The notes beneath the pieces were generated by a model. The model worked only from the letters and a program-made list of their open reading frames with translations. It searched no databases and was not told the DNA's origin. The position numbers and the translations under genes were made by a program. Shown piece by piece: positions 35,415-45,615 of a DNA stretch of 64,000 nt (position 1 is its first letter; every line of letters starts with the position of its first letter). The stretch lies in sequence record OW967251.1; one strand, 5' to 3'. Source of the stretch: a plasmid.

Positions 35415-36101
35415 TTGACCATGCAGCGTATTTTAATCGTTGAAGACGAACAAAAAACAGGTCGTTACCTGCAGCAGGGACTGGTTGAGGAAGGCTATCA
35501 GGCCGATCTCTTTAATAATGGCCGCGATGGTCTCGGGGCCGCGTCGAAGGGACAGTATGATTTGATAATACTGGACGTGATGCTGCCTTTCCTCGACGGG
35601 TGGCAAATCATCAGCGCACTGAGGGAGTCCGGGCACGAAGAACCGGTCCTGTTTTTAACCGCAAAGGACAACGTGCGGGACAAAGTGAAAGGACTGGAGC
35701 TTGGCGCAGATGACTACCTGATTAAGCCCTTTGATTTTACGGAGCTGGTTGCACGTGTAAGAACCCTACTGCGCCGGGCACGCTCGCAGGCCGCAACAGT
35801 CTGCACCATCGCCGATATGACCGTTGATATGGTGCGCCGGACCGTGATCCGTTCGGGGAAGAAGATCCATCTCACCGGTAAAGAATACGTTCTGCTTGAG
35901 TTGCTGCTGCAACGCACCGGAGAAGTGTTACCCAGGAGTCTTATCTCGTCCCTGGTCTGGAACATGAATTTTGACAGTGATACGAATGTGATTGATGTCG
36001 CCGTGAGACGTCTGAGAAGTAAAATTGATGATGACTTTGAGCCAAAACTGATCCATACCGTTCGCGGTGCCGGATATGTCCTGGAGATCAGAGAAGAGTG
36101 A
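35415..36101 (+). CDS. pcoR: Response regulator PcoR (start may be the Met at 35421)
   Basis: [21 protein letters not shown]... OmpR family. Confidence 0.9.
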   Translation: MTMQRILIVEDEQKTGRYLQQGLVEEGYQADLFNNGRDGLGAASKGQYDLIILDVMLPFLDGWQIISALRESGHEEPVLFLTAKDNVRDKVKGLELGADDYLIKPFDFTELVARVRTLLRRARSQAATVCTIADMTVDMVRRTVIRSGKKIHLTGKEYVLLELLLQRTGEVLPRSLISSLVWNMNFDSDTNVIDVAVRRLRSKIDDDFEPKLIHTVRGAGYVLEIREE

Positions 36102-37498
36102 GGTTCAAAATTTCCCTGACCACACGCCTGAGCCTGATTTTTTCTGCGGTGATGCTTACGGTATGGTGGTTATCAAGTTTTATCCTGATTAGCACCCTGA
36201 ATGGCTATTTCGATAATCAGGACCGCGATTTTCTGACAGGTAAACTTCAGCTCACCGAAGAGTTTCTTAAAACAGAGACGTTCAGGAACAAAACGGATAT
36301 TAAGTCATTATCAGAAAAAATAAACGATGCGATGGTGGGGCACAATGGCTTATTCATTTCTATAAAAAACATGGAAAATGAAAAAATTGTTGAACTCTAT
36401 GCCAAAAATTCTGTTGTTCCAGCGGTCCTGCTTAATAAGTCGGGTGATATTCTCGACTATATGATCCAGACGGAAGAAAATAACACCGTGTACCGCAGTA
36501 TCTCGCGGCGGGTTGCCGTGACGCCGGAACAGGGTAAAAGCAAACATGTCATCATTACGGTTGCCACGGATACTGGGTATCACACCCTGTTTATGGACAA
36601 ACTCAGTACCTGGCTGTTCTGGTTCAATATCGGTCTGGTCTTTATTTCTGTTTTTCTGGGCTGGCTGACCACACGTATTGGTCTGAAACCGCTACGGGAA
36701 ATGACCAGTCTGGCTTCCTCCATGACCGTACACAGCCTGGATCAGCGTCTAAATCCCGATCTGGCTCCGCCGGAAATCTCTGAGACCATGCAGGAGTTCA
36801 ATAATATGTTTGATCGCCTGGAGGGGGCATTCCGGAAACTGTCAGATTTCTCGTCTGACATCGCGCATGAGCTGCGCACACCAGTCAGTAATCTGATGAT
36901 GCAGACGCAGTTTGCACTGGCTAAGGAAAGGGATGTTTCGCATTACCGCGAAATTTTATTCGCTAACCTGGAAGAACTGAAAAGGTTGTCACGAATGACC
37001 AGTGACATGCTTTTTCTGGCACGTTCAGAGCATGGTCTGCTGCGGCTGGATAAACATGATGTGGATCTGGCAGCCGAACTGAATGAATTACGTGAGTTGT
37101 TCGAGCCCCTGGCAGACGAAACAGGAAAGACAATCACGGTTGAAGGAGAGGGCGTTGTTGCCGGAGACAGCGATATGCTCCGACGTGCTTTCAGTAACCT
37201 GCTTTCCAATGCAATCAAGTATTCTCCCGATAACACCTGTACAGCGATACACATTGAGCGTGACAGTGACTGTGTGAACGTGATGATTACGAATACGATG
37301 TCCGGCCAGGTTCCCGCTAATCTGGAACGTTTGTTTGACCGGTTCTATCGCGCAGACTCATCAAGGTTCTACAACACGGAAGGCGCGGGGCTGGGATTAT
37401 CAATTACAAGGTCGATCATTCATGCTCACGGCGGCGAGCTGTCAGCAGAACAGCAGGGGCGGGAAATTGTGTTCAGTGTGCGTCTGTTAATGGATTAA
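36098..37498 (+). CDS. pcoS: Sensor histidine kinase PcoS
   Basis: 466 aa with two TMs and H-box [12 protein letters not shown]. Confidence 0.9.
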   Translation: MRFKISLTTRLSLIFSAVMLTVWWLSSFILISTLNGYFDNQDRDFLTGKLQLTEEFLKTETFRNKTDIKSLSEKINDAMVGHNGLFISIKNMENEKIVELYAKNSVVPAVLLNKSGDILDYMIQTEENNTVYRSISRRVAVTPEQGKSKHVIITVATDTGYHTLFMDKLSTWLFWFNIGLVFISVFLGWLTTRIGLKPLREMTSLASSMTVHSLDQRLNPDLAPPEISETMQEFNNMFDRLEGAFRKLSDFSSDIAHELRTPVSNLMMQTQFALAKERDVSHYREILFANLEELKRLSRMTSDMLFLARSEHGLLRLDKHDVDLAAELNELRELFEPLADETGKTITVEGEGVVAGDSDMLRRAFSNLLSNAIKYSPDNTCTAIHIERDSDCVNVMITNTMSGQVPANLERLFDRFYRADSSRFYNTEGAGLGLSITRSIIHAHGGELSAEQQGREIVFSVRLLMD

Positions 37499-37526
37499 TA
37501 CCGTTATTCAGGAGAAACCCGGAAGG

Positions 37527-37540
37527 TGACAAAAATGTCA
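37527..37540. promoter_or_regulatory. Cop box upstream of pcoE
   Basis: TGACAAAAATGTCA palindrome. Confidence 0.5.
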
Positions 37541-37714
37541 TCGTTCAGTCACGCGATAAACAGAGGCGGTTTTTTATAATCAGCCATAAATCAGGACAGC
37601 GTGATAATTCAATCGCCCGGTTCCTGGCGTGATGATCAACCAGCCCTGAGATCAAATGCTTTCTCTGTTATAAGCCGTTGATTGTTTGGGTATGAAAACA
37701 CCGGAGACCCAACC

Positions 37715-38149
37715 ATGAAAAAGATCCTTGTATCATTTGTTGCCATTATGGCTGTCGCTTCATCCGCCATGGCTGCAGAGACAATGAACATGCATGACCA
37801 GGTAAATAATGCCCAGGCACCCGCCCATCAGATGCAGTCAACCTCTGAAAAAAGCGCTGTTCAGGGAGACAGTATGACAATGATGGATATGAGTGGTCAC
37901 GATCAGGCTGCAATGACCCATGAAATGATGCAAAACGGCAACGCTTCTGCCCATCAGGACATGGCTGAAATGCATAAAAAAATGATGAAATCCAAGCCAG
38001 CAGCTTCTAACGAAACAGCAAAATCATTTTCCGAAATGAACGAGCATGAGAAAGCCGCTGTTGTACACGAGAAGGCGAATAATGGTCAGTCTTCAGTGAT
38101 TCATCAGCAGCAGGCTGAAAAGCATCGCAGCCAGATCACCCAGAATTAA
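37715..38149 (+). CDS. pcoE: Periplasmic copper-binding protein PcoE
   Basis: 144-aa MKKILVSFVAIMAVASSAMA signal, Met/His-rich. Confidence 0.9.
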   Translation: MKKILVSFVAIMAVASSAMAAETMNMHDQVNNAQAPAHQMQSTSEKSAVQGDSMTMMDMSGHDQAAMTHEMMQNGNASAHQDMAEMHKKMMKSKPAASNETAKSFSEMNEHEKAAVVHEKANNGQSSVIHQQQAEKHRSQITQN

Positions 38150-38202
38150 CCCGCAGCTCCACTTGTCAGACCCTCATTTGACGCCGAAGTCACTGGCTTA
38201 CG

Positions 38203-38227
38203 CTCCCGCCGGGAGCGTTTTTTTTCG
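38203..38227 (+). terminator. Rho-independent terminator after pcoE
   Basis: GCTCCCGCCGGGAGCG followed by a T8 run. Confidence 0.55.
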
Positions 38228-38620
38228 TAATTAATAAGTGTCATCAAAAGCATCCATCACCATTATCATAATTGGCCCTGATCAAATAAAATTTAACTTA
38301 TGTTGCGCGAGAATTCAGTTCATGAAAAAAATATCAGTATCATATTGTTTTTAATTATTATTTTCGTTCCCGGTTATATCCTATATCCAGGGTTCATGCC
38401 GCGCCGTATCCTGAGACTGGCTGAGAATACGAATGATCGTAACCACCGAATGTGATGACACAAAATAGATCATGTGCTGTTCCACCGGCAGCGAGCAGAT
38501 ATTGTCTCCCAGCTCCGCGCGATGCGTGCCTATGTCATGCATGGCCAGAACGTCAAACACCGCTGCTATACTGTTACCAACGGTGCAAAACTGGGTCTTC
38601 CGCAACTTAGGTGGAGTTGT

Positions 38621-39418
38621 TTAAGCCAGAGGGCTCATGACTCGTCGTCGCAGTAACTCGAAGCCAGCTCGACCGTACATCTGCCGTTTCAGCATCTTCA
38701 GGCGGTTTACATGGCCTTCCACAACGCCATTACTCCATCTGCTGCTTATCGCTTCGTGTATTGCTGTTGCATCCGCTTCCATACCGGCCGCAACACGCTG
38801 AAGGTCAATGAGCCCACTTTGACTGACGTCAGAGAACCATTGATTTAACTGCGATTTATTCTTCGTTTTCAACATTCGATAGAAGTCGAGCGACAGCTGT
38901 TGCGCCATTTTCAGTTGCGGTTCTTTCTGGCACATCGATTCGATGAAGCGGGATGCATAGTTTTCTTCTCCTCTGATCATTCGCCAGGGCATTAACCAGC
39001 GGCTTACTCTGGATGCTGAGGGGAGTCGAACTGGGGCGATAACGGGACTGTTAACCTGCTTACGCCACTTAGCCACAGCATCCCTGACCGTCGTTTCGCT
39101 CCCGGTGAAGCCAGCATTTACCATCTCCCGCCATAGCTGCCCGGCATTATGGTTACCGTTTATCCGTTGTTCTTCCAGCCATTCCTGCCATGGTTCAAGT
39201 AACCCGGGTCTGGGTGGCTTAGTTGATATTTCAGGGAACGCTTTTGACTGTATCCACCGGCGAACCGTCACCCGGGACAGTCCGGTGATACGCGATATTT
39301 CTCTTATCCCACAACCCTTTTTATGAAGAGAGTCTACCTCAGCCCAGCGCTGATACCGTTTGTCACGTTGCTCTCGTTTAATACGTTCAGGGCGACGTAA
39401 CGTTGACGTTGGCACCAA
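38621..39418 (-). CDS. ISL3 transposase C-terminal part
   Basis: 265 aa ending ...WSNGVVEGHVNRLKMLKRQMYGRAGFELLRRRV. The split from the N-terminal ORF occurs near a T6G6 run at 39437-39448. Confidence 0.7.
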   Translation of the reverse strand: MVPTSTLRRPERIKREQRDKRYQRWAEVDSLHKKGCGIREISRITGLSRVTVRRWIQSKAFPEISTKPPRPGLLEPWQEWLEEQRINGNHNAGQLWREMVNAGFTGSETTVRDAVAKWRKQVNSPVIAPVRLPSASRVSRWLMPWRMIRGEENYASRFIESMCQKEPQLKMAQQLSLDFYRMLKTKNKSQLNQWFSDVSQSGLIDLQRVAAGMEADATAIHEAISSRWSNGVVEGHVNRLKMLKRQMYGRAGFELLRRRVMSPLA

Positions 39419-39425
39419 AGACGCT

Positions 39426-40241
39426 TCAGCATTCTGTTTTTTGGGGGGATAACTCGGTGGCCACCAGTCGTATCAATGGCATGTGTCTGTACATCATGCG
39501 CTCCAGCGCATCACCAATATTCTTCAGCAGATGCCAGCGATCGGCCACCTGTATTGCCTGCGGTGCACCATCGCGAGCAGCTAACGCATAGATCCCCCCA
39601 CGATCGCGTGAGACGACCTGTATTTCTGGGTATTTTTTGAACCATGCCGCCAGAGTGCGTTGCTCCCGGCCTGGCAGTAACACCAGGGGGCGATGGGTAT
39701 CAAGATTTACGATCAGTGTGCCGTACCTGTGGCCCCGATGCCATGCCCACTCGTCAATACCAACATGCCTGGTCCGGTTCTCTGTTTGTTCCGGAGCTTG
39801 AACCACTCTGCGCAGTAAAGTATCCGCGCTGATCTGTATTCCTGAAGCTACTGCAGCTCGTCTCCCTGCTTCACCACCTGCGATAAGCCCCAGCTGATGC
39901 TGCAGATTTTTCAGCAATGCAGAAGACTGCTGCTGCGGGCCTGCAAAGGGAGCAAGCGATTCAGCAAAAATTTTACGTGAACAGGAAGGGTTACGACAGT
40001 ACCAGTGCCGGATGGCGAAGACTAACCAGAGGGCCTGGCCTGAGCATGGAAGATGCTGTACTCGCCTCCGCCGGCAACTATGAACAGAATGACTGTGCGT
40101 GAGGCACTCAGGACATGATGCCGTTTTACGTGTGGCGCGGAGATGGAGGGTTATTCCATCAGTACCAGTAATCTGTCGGCAGGTTTGCCACCCGCGCGGT
40201 AGCTGTAAAAGTCTCTTAAGTGAGGCCATTTTGTTATACAT
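39426..40241 (-). CDS. ISL3 transposase N-terminal part (zinc finger plus DDE start)
   Basis: 271 aa with CPEC...H.H zinc ribbon and DEWAWHRGHRYGTLIVNLDTHRPL. Confidence 0.7.
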   Translation of the reverse strand: MYNKMASLKRLLQLPRGWQTCRQITGTDGITLHLRATRKTASCPECLTHSHSVHSCRRRRVQHLPCSGQALWLVFAIRHWYCRNPSCSRKIFAESLAPFAGPQQQSSALLKNLQHQLGLIAGGEAGRRAAVASGIQISADTLLRRVVQAPEQTENRTRHVGIDEWAWHRGHRYGTLIVNLDTHRPLVLLPGREQRTLAAWFKKYPEIQVVSRDRGGIYALAARDGAPQAIQVADRWHLLKNIGDALERMMYRHMPLIRLVATELSPQKTEC

Positions 40242-40336
40242 AACTTAAAACAGCTTAGATCCTTGTTAACTAAAAAGTTTCATCAATTTTTGTCCACCTA
40301 AGTTGCGGAAGACCCACTTTTTACCCGTTGTTGACA

Positions 40337-40812
40337 GCGGAGCACACCTTAACCCCGTGGTAAGCCTGATTTTTTATCTGATCGGGGCCTGCTCTTTCAG
40401 GGCAACCATGAATTACATCGTGGCTCAGTTGTTAGGGGCCGGCGCTGCTGCACTGTGCCTGAAGGCTGTCTTTGGCCACTCCCTGCTGGCCGGGGTGACC
40501 CGGGTCCATATGGGGGTATCACTGTACAATGCCTTTTTCATCGAAGGTGTCATGACTTTTATTCTGATTATGAGCATCCTAACGACCAGAAACCCCGCGA
40601 TTATCAGCATTGCTGTTTTTCTTGATGCTTTTATTGGCGGGCCGCTGACGGGGGCAAGCATGAACCCGGCCCGTAGCTTCGGGCCGGCATTGGCCATGGG
40701 ATACTGGGATAATCAGTGGCTGTACTGGGCCGCTCCGCTGTCTGGCGGGCTTGCAGCTGTTGCGTGCTGCCAGCTGTTTATGCCGCAACTGAAGTCACCC
40801 TCACCGGAATAA
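40337..40812 (+). pseudogene. MIP-family aquaglyceroporin (AqpS/GlpF-like), 5'-truncated by the ISL3 element
   Basis: Frame begins inside the ISL3 IR. Two NPA boxes (SGAHLNPVVS, GASMNPARS) but about 60 N-terminal residues are absent. Terminator hairpin follows at 40826-40860. Confidence 0.7.
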
Positions 40813-40861
40813 AGTCCCTTCCAGGACAGAATGCCTCTGATGAACAGAGGCATTCTTTTTT

Positions 40862-41389
40862 TCAGCAACCCACTGTCCGGCTACGCCTTTCCAGAATGAG
40901 AACATCTCTCCATTTTCCGTTCATTTCACCCACATTTTCCCGGCAGCCGACTTCCCTGAATCCCTGGCTGCGATGTAAAGCAACACTGGCCTGGTTTTCC
41001 GGAAAGATGCCAGCAAGTAGCGTCCAGAAACCCGCACTTTCCGAGCCCTTTATCAGCCCGGAGAGCAAAGCCCTGCCCGCGCCTTTTCCCTGAAAATGAG
41101 TACTGACATAAATGCTCAGCTCTGCGACACCGCGGTATGCATGCCGGCGGGAAAAAGGAGATAGCGCAGCCCATCCCACCACTCTGTTATCAACAGTGGC
41201 GACGTAGCGGCAGTCCTGAAGATGCCCTTCATTCCATTCCAGCCACTCAGGTGCTGCGGTCTGAAAGGTGGCGTTCCCTGTTGCAATTCCTTCCTGATAA
41301 ATTTCCCTGACTGCACACCAGTCCTCTTCGTGCATTTTTCTAATGATGATCTCTGCCATTTCTCTGTACCGTATGTTTGCTGTATTCAT
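40862..41389 (-). CDS. GNAT N-acetyltransferase, PAT (phosphinothricin acetyltransferase) family, ArsN1-like
   Basis: 175 aa; PAT-like ATVDNRVVGWAAL...YRGVAELSIYV...QGKGAGRALL. Divergent from arsR2. Confidence 0.7.
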   Translation of the reverse strand: MNTANIRYREMAEIIIRKMHEEDWCAVREIYQEGIATGNATFQTAAPEWLEWNEGHLQDCRYVATVDNRVVGWAALSPFSRRHAYRGVAELSIYVSTHFQGKGAGRALLSGLIKGSESAGFWTLLAGIFPENQASVALHRSQGFREVGCRENVGEMNGKWRDVLILERRSRTVGC

Positions 41390-41690
41390 AGGCAGTCAGA
41401 AAACGAGCCTGCCTGGGCTTCCCGGCGGCGGGACATAATGCGCCCGTCAGCAAAGGATGAAGGTCATTTTATTTTTAGCGGGAATCGGTTTCTACTGTGA
41501 CGGATTCATATGCATTTTTCCATATATATTGTGACGTACCTCATTTCTGAGAGGTATAAACACCGATCATGTTTTCTCCATGCCGCGTAAGTGTAAGGCC
41601 CCGGAGATGGAGTCATATTATGGACGTGGTTGCGCTCACTATATATTTCTATTATTCTGGAAATATAGAAATAAAATTACGAGGAATGGG

Positions 41691-42017
41691 ATGGAGCTGA
41701 AAATCGCCGCGATGGTGCTGAAAGAACTTGGCCACACCACTCGTCTCGATATTTACAAAACACTCGTTAAGGCCGGACGTCAGGGACTGCCCGTGGGGGA
41801 ACTGCAGCAACATCTCGCCATTCCGGCCTCGACCCTGAGTCATCATCTTTCATCGCTGATATCCGTCTCACTGGTTCGCCAGGAAAGGCAGGGGAGAACA
41901 CTGTTCTGCCACGCCTGTTATGACAACCTTGCTGCATTGATTGCCTTTCTGACAGAAGAGTGCTGTGCAGACGAATATGCCCCGCCTGGTTTTATGTCAC
42001 CACCGGAGAAAAAATGA
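41691..42017 (+). CDS. arsR: ArsR/SmtB-family repressor, atypical: lacks the ELCVCDL site and has C-terminal Cys73/76/91/92
   Basis: 108 aa; [23 protein letters not shown]; FCHAC...EECC. Confidence 0.7.
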   Translation: MELKIAAMVLKELGHTTRLDIYKTLVKAGRQGLPVGELQQHLAIPASTLSHHLSSLISVSLVRQERQGRTLFCHACYDNLAALIAFLTEECCADEYAPPGFMSPPEKK

Positions 42018-42727
42018 TTGCTGAACTGAAAAATGTTGTTCCTGAGCTGTTTGATACAGGTCGCACCGGGGTCCGCCTGGGTGTAAAGACAGTTGACCAT
42101 CCTCCCCGGATCCTGATGTTGTACGGTTCCGTTCGAGAGCGGTCCTACAGCCGTCTGGCCACCGAAGAGGCTGCCCGGCTTCTTACCGCCATGGGTGCGG
42201 ATGTCCGCATCTTTAATCCTTCCGGTCTCCCTCTGCCGGATGATGCAGCGGATACGCATCCCAGGGTTATGGAACTTCGCGAAATGGTGCGCTGGTCTGA
42301 AGGGATGGTATGGTGCTCTCCTGAACGTCATGGTGCGATGACCGGCATTATGAAAGCCCAGATTGACTGGATACCACTATCAGAGGGCGCAGTACGCCCT
42401 TCTCAGGGAAAAACCCTGGCCGTCATGCAGGTCTGCGGAGGCTCCCAGTCTTTCAATGCGGTAAACCAGATGCGTATTCTTGGCCGCTGGATGCGAATGA
42501 TTACTATACCTAATCAATCCTCGGTAGCGAAAGCCTGGCAGGAGTTTGATGAAGACGGACGGATGAAACCATCCCCGTACTACGACCGTATTGTGGATGT
42601 AATGGAAGAGCTGATGAAGTTTACCCTGCTGACCCGGGAGTATGCAGCGTATCTCGTCGATCGCTACAGTGAACGTAAAGAGTCGGCAGAAGCACTTTCC
42701 CGGCGGGTGAATCAGAGCAAAATCTGA
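42014..42727 (+). CDS. arsH: ArsH (NADPH-dependent FMN reductase / organoarsenical oxidase)
   Basis: 237 aa with [15 protein letters not shown] motif. Start overlaps the arsR2 stop. Confidence 0.85.
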   Translation: MIAELKNVVPELFDTGRTGVRLGVKTVDHPPRILMLYGSVRERSYSRLATEEAARLLTAMGADVRIFNPSGLPLPDDAADTHPRVMELREMVRWSEGMVWCSPERHGAMTGIMKAQIDWIPLSEGAVRPSQGKTLAVMQVCGGSQSFNAVNQMRILGRWMRMITIPNQSSVAKAWQEFDEDGRMKPSPYYDRIVDVMEELMKFTLLTREYAAYLVDRYSERKESAEALSRRVNQSKI

Positions 42728-42735
42728 GGGCTGGT

Positions 42736-43281
42736 ATGAGTGATGTAACGGCATTCAACAACTGCATGAGCGTGTTCTGGCAACAGCATGAAGCAGAGCT
42801 CTCCCGTTTTCTGGCATCAAGGACAGGCGATCGGGAGCAGGCAGCCGATCTGCTTCAGGAAGTCTTCCTGCGCGCCCGGGCCTGTGCAGACCGCTTCTGT
42901 GAAATGGAGAACCCGCGGGCCTGGCTGTACCGGACGGCGAGGAATCTGCTGACGGATGAGTACCGTGCCGCCAGAGACGTCGTGGTGCTGGAAGACGAGA
43001 TCCCGCTGCCTGACGCCTTCCATGAGGCGGTTTCAACGCTGGAGATTTGCCTGCCTGAAACCCTGCAGGCCTTACCTGACGAGGAAAGATGGCTGATAGA
43101 AGAGGCCGATCTGAACCGGCGTCCCCAGCAGCGCCTGGCCGACGAGCTGGGGATCACGCTGACGGCGTTTAAGTCGCGCCTGCTTCGCGCCCGGAAACAT
43201 CTGAAGAAGACGATGACGGAACTCTGCCAGGTGGAAGTGGATGATGCGTCTTCCGTCTGCTGCCATAAAAAAATGGATTAA
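42736..43281 (+). CDS. ECF-type sigma-70 family factor with a C-terminal Cys-containing tail
   Basis: Region 2 (AADLLQEVFLRA...RAWLYRTARNLLTDEYR) and region 4 (LPDEERWLIEEADLNRRPQQRLADELGITLTAFKSRLLRARKHL), then tail TMTELCQVEVDDASSVCCHKKMD. No anti-sigma ORF adjacent. Confidence 0.7.
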   Translation: MSDVTAFNNCMSVFWQQHEAELSRFLASRTGDREQAADLLQEVFLRARACADRFCEMENPRAWLYRTARNLLTDEYRAARDVVVLEDEIPLPDAFHEAVSTLEICLPETLQALPDEERWLIEEADLNRRPQQRLADELGITLTAFKSRLLRARKHLKKTMTELCQVEVDDASSVCCHKKMD

Positions 43282-43356
43282 CCGCGCATCTTTTTCCCGC
43301 CTCACTCGTTTACCTCAGTGTAAAGCCCCATCATTCAACACTGAGGTAAACAGTCC

Positions 43357-43719
43357 ATGTCAAAAATTGAGATCTTTGAAGCCGCAGGCTGCTGTGCGAC
43401 CAGCAGCGTCGTGGTCAGCGATGAAGCCGTCAAATGGAACGCCAGCGCCGAATGGGCGAAAAAGCATGGTGTGAATATTCAGCGTTACAGCCTGGCAAAG
43501 AACCCGCAGCAGTTCCTGAATACGCCCGTCATCAGGGCCTTCCTGAACACGTCAGGAATGGAGTCCCTTCCCGCTACCCTGCTTGACGGCCAGCTGGTGA
43601 TGGCGGGCAAGCTCCCGTCCCGGGAAGATATCGCCCGCTGGGCCGGTATTTCCCTCACGCAGGACTGGAATGAAGACAGCACGCAGCCGCGCTGCTGCAG
43701 CATTCCCCGTATGCCTTAA
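43357..43719 (+). CDS. arsD: Divergent ArsD-like metallochaperone paralog
   Basis: 120 aa; thioredoxin-like ArsD architecture. Keeps the N-terminal CC (GCCATSS) and a C-terminal CC (PRCCSIP) but not Cys18. Confidence 0.6.
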   Translation: MSKIEIFEAAGCCATSSVVVSDEAVKWNASAEWAKKHGVNIQRYSLAKNPQQFLNTPVIRAFLNTSGMESLPATLLDGQLVMAGKLPSREDIARWAGISLTQDWNEDSTQPRCCSIPRMP

Positions 43720-43737
43720 TCCCGGAGGAGCTCAACA

Positions 43738-45494
43738 ATGACGATGCCATTTTTACAGAATATCCCCCCGTTTATCTTCTTCACCGGCAAAGGCGGCGTG
43801 GGGAAAACCTCTCTGGCCTGCGCGACGGCGGTATGGCTGGCTGACCAGGGCCGGAGAACGCTTCTGGTCAGTACCGATCCGGCCTCCAATGTCGGTCAGG
43901 TCTTCAGCCAGACTGTGGGCCACCGGATCACTGGTATCCGCACCGTGGAAAACCTTGCGGCAATGGAAGTTGACCCGATGGCGGCCGCGCAGGCTTACCG
44001 CGATCGCGTGCTCGATCCTGTTCGTGAACTGATGCCTGCCGATGTCATCAGCAACATTGAAGAACAGCTTTCCGGTTCATGTACCACGGAGATCGCGGCG
44101 TTTGATGAATTTACCGCGCTGCTGACCAGTCATGAACTGCGCGAAAAATATGATCATATCGTCTTTGATACTGCACCAACCGGACACACCATCCGTATGC
44201 TTGAGCTGCCGGGCGCCTGGAGCGGGTACCTCGATGCACATCCTGATGCTGCGGCGAACCTCGGCCCTCTGGTGGGGCTGGAGAAACAACAGGACCAGTA
44301 CGCTGACGCAGTGAAAGCCCTCTCTGATACGGCACTCACGCGACTGGTTCTGGTTGCCCGCGCACAGGCGTCGACCCTGAAAGAGGTCTCCCATACCCAC
44401 GAGGAGCTGTCGGCTATCGGTCTGCAGCATCAGCACCTTGCCATCAATGGCGTGCTGCCTCCCTTTGCCGGTGAACAGGATCCGCTGGCGCACAGTATTC
44501 TGGCGCGGGAGGAACGGGCCTTACGGGCCATGCCTGAAAACCTCGCGCATCTTCCCCGGTCGATGCTGTATCTGAAGCCTTTTAATCTGGTTGGTCTGGA
44601 AGCCCTGAGGGCGCTGTTTACAGAGAGCACACTTGTTCTGCCGGATCCGGGAGCCACGCTCACGACGGTCGATTTACCGGAGCTTGCCTCCCTGGTGGAG
44701 GACCTCAGCCGAGCGGGAAAAGGGCTGGTCATGACGATGGGAAAAGGGGGCGTGGGGAAAACCACGGTGGCGGCTGCGGTCGCGGTCTCGCTGGCCAGAC
44801 GCGGTCATAAAGTCCACCTGACCACCTCCGATCCGGCAGCCACCTGTCTTACACCCTGGATGGCTCGCTGCCAGGCCTTCAGGTCAGCCGTATCGATCCA
44901 AAAGCAGAGACTGAGCGCTATCGTCGCTTTGTGCTGGAAAATCAGGGAAAAGGTCTGGATGAAGAGGGACTGGCGGTACTGGAGGAAGATCTCCGTTCCC
45001 CCTGCACCGAAGAGATTGCCGTGTTTCAGGCATTCTCCCGGATCATCAAAGAGGCCAACGACCATTTTGTCATTATAGACACTGCGCCCACCGGGCATAC
45101 GCTGCTGTTGCTGGATGCAACCGGGGCCTATCACCGGGAAATGGTGCGCCAGATGGGGCAGGCTCACGATCACGTGATAACGCCAATGATGCAGCTGCAG
45201 GATCCGGAGAAGACCAGAGTCATTATCGTGACGCTTGCCGAAACCACGCCGGTACTGGAAGCGGCCGGGCTGCAGCAGGACTTACGCCGGGCCGGGATTG
45301 AACCCTGGGCGTGGGTCATCAATAACAGCCTCGCGGCCGCGAAGCCGTCCTCCCCGTTCCTGGTCACCCGTGCCCGTCGCGAACTGCCGCTGATCGACGA
45401 CGTTGCCGGGCATTATGCACAGCGCATTGCCCTGACGCCACTGCTGAAGGACGACCCGGTAGGCGTGGACCTGCTGGCTGAAATGGCGGGCTGA
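43738..45494 (+). pseudogene. arsA: ArsA arsenite-stimulated ATPase paralog with a frameshift near 44836-44846
   Basis: N-terminal half with GKGGVGKTS P-loop reads to about 44838. The second half (HLSYTLDGSLPGLQVSRIDP..., second P-loop at 44750) continues in another frame to 45494. GCAGCCACCTG versus expected GCAGCCCACCTG. Confidence 0.75.
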
Positions 45495-45615
45495 CAGGTG
45501 GGGCGACGCCCTACCTCCACTTAAAACATTTCCTTATACAGGTCATAAGATGAAGCGCTTAATCTGCCGTCGCGAATTCCGGTAGTGTGTCAGTCAACGT
45601 CACAGGAGTCATACA

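Larger units (their letters stand above)
38572..40336 (-). mobile_element. ISL3-family insertion sequence (about 1.76 kb), transposase split into two ORFs
   Basis: About 44-bp terminal IRs TGTTACCAACGGTGCAAAACTGGGTCTTCCGCAACTTAGGTGGA at 38572 and its inverse ending 40336. No matching 8-bp flanks. Confidence 0.8.

Noticed and set aside
38381-38656. Small ORFs flanking the left ISL3 end, considered as the missing aquaporin N-terminus or an ars gene
   Set aside because: Both start inside the IS inverted repeat (TTG-LRKT...) and their translations are not MIP-like or ars-like. Likely fortuitous.
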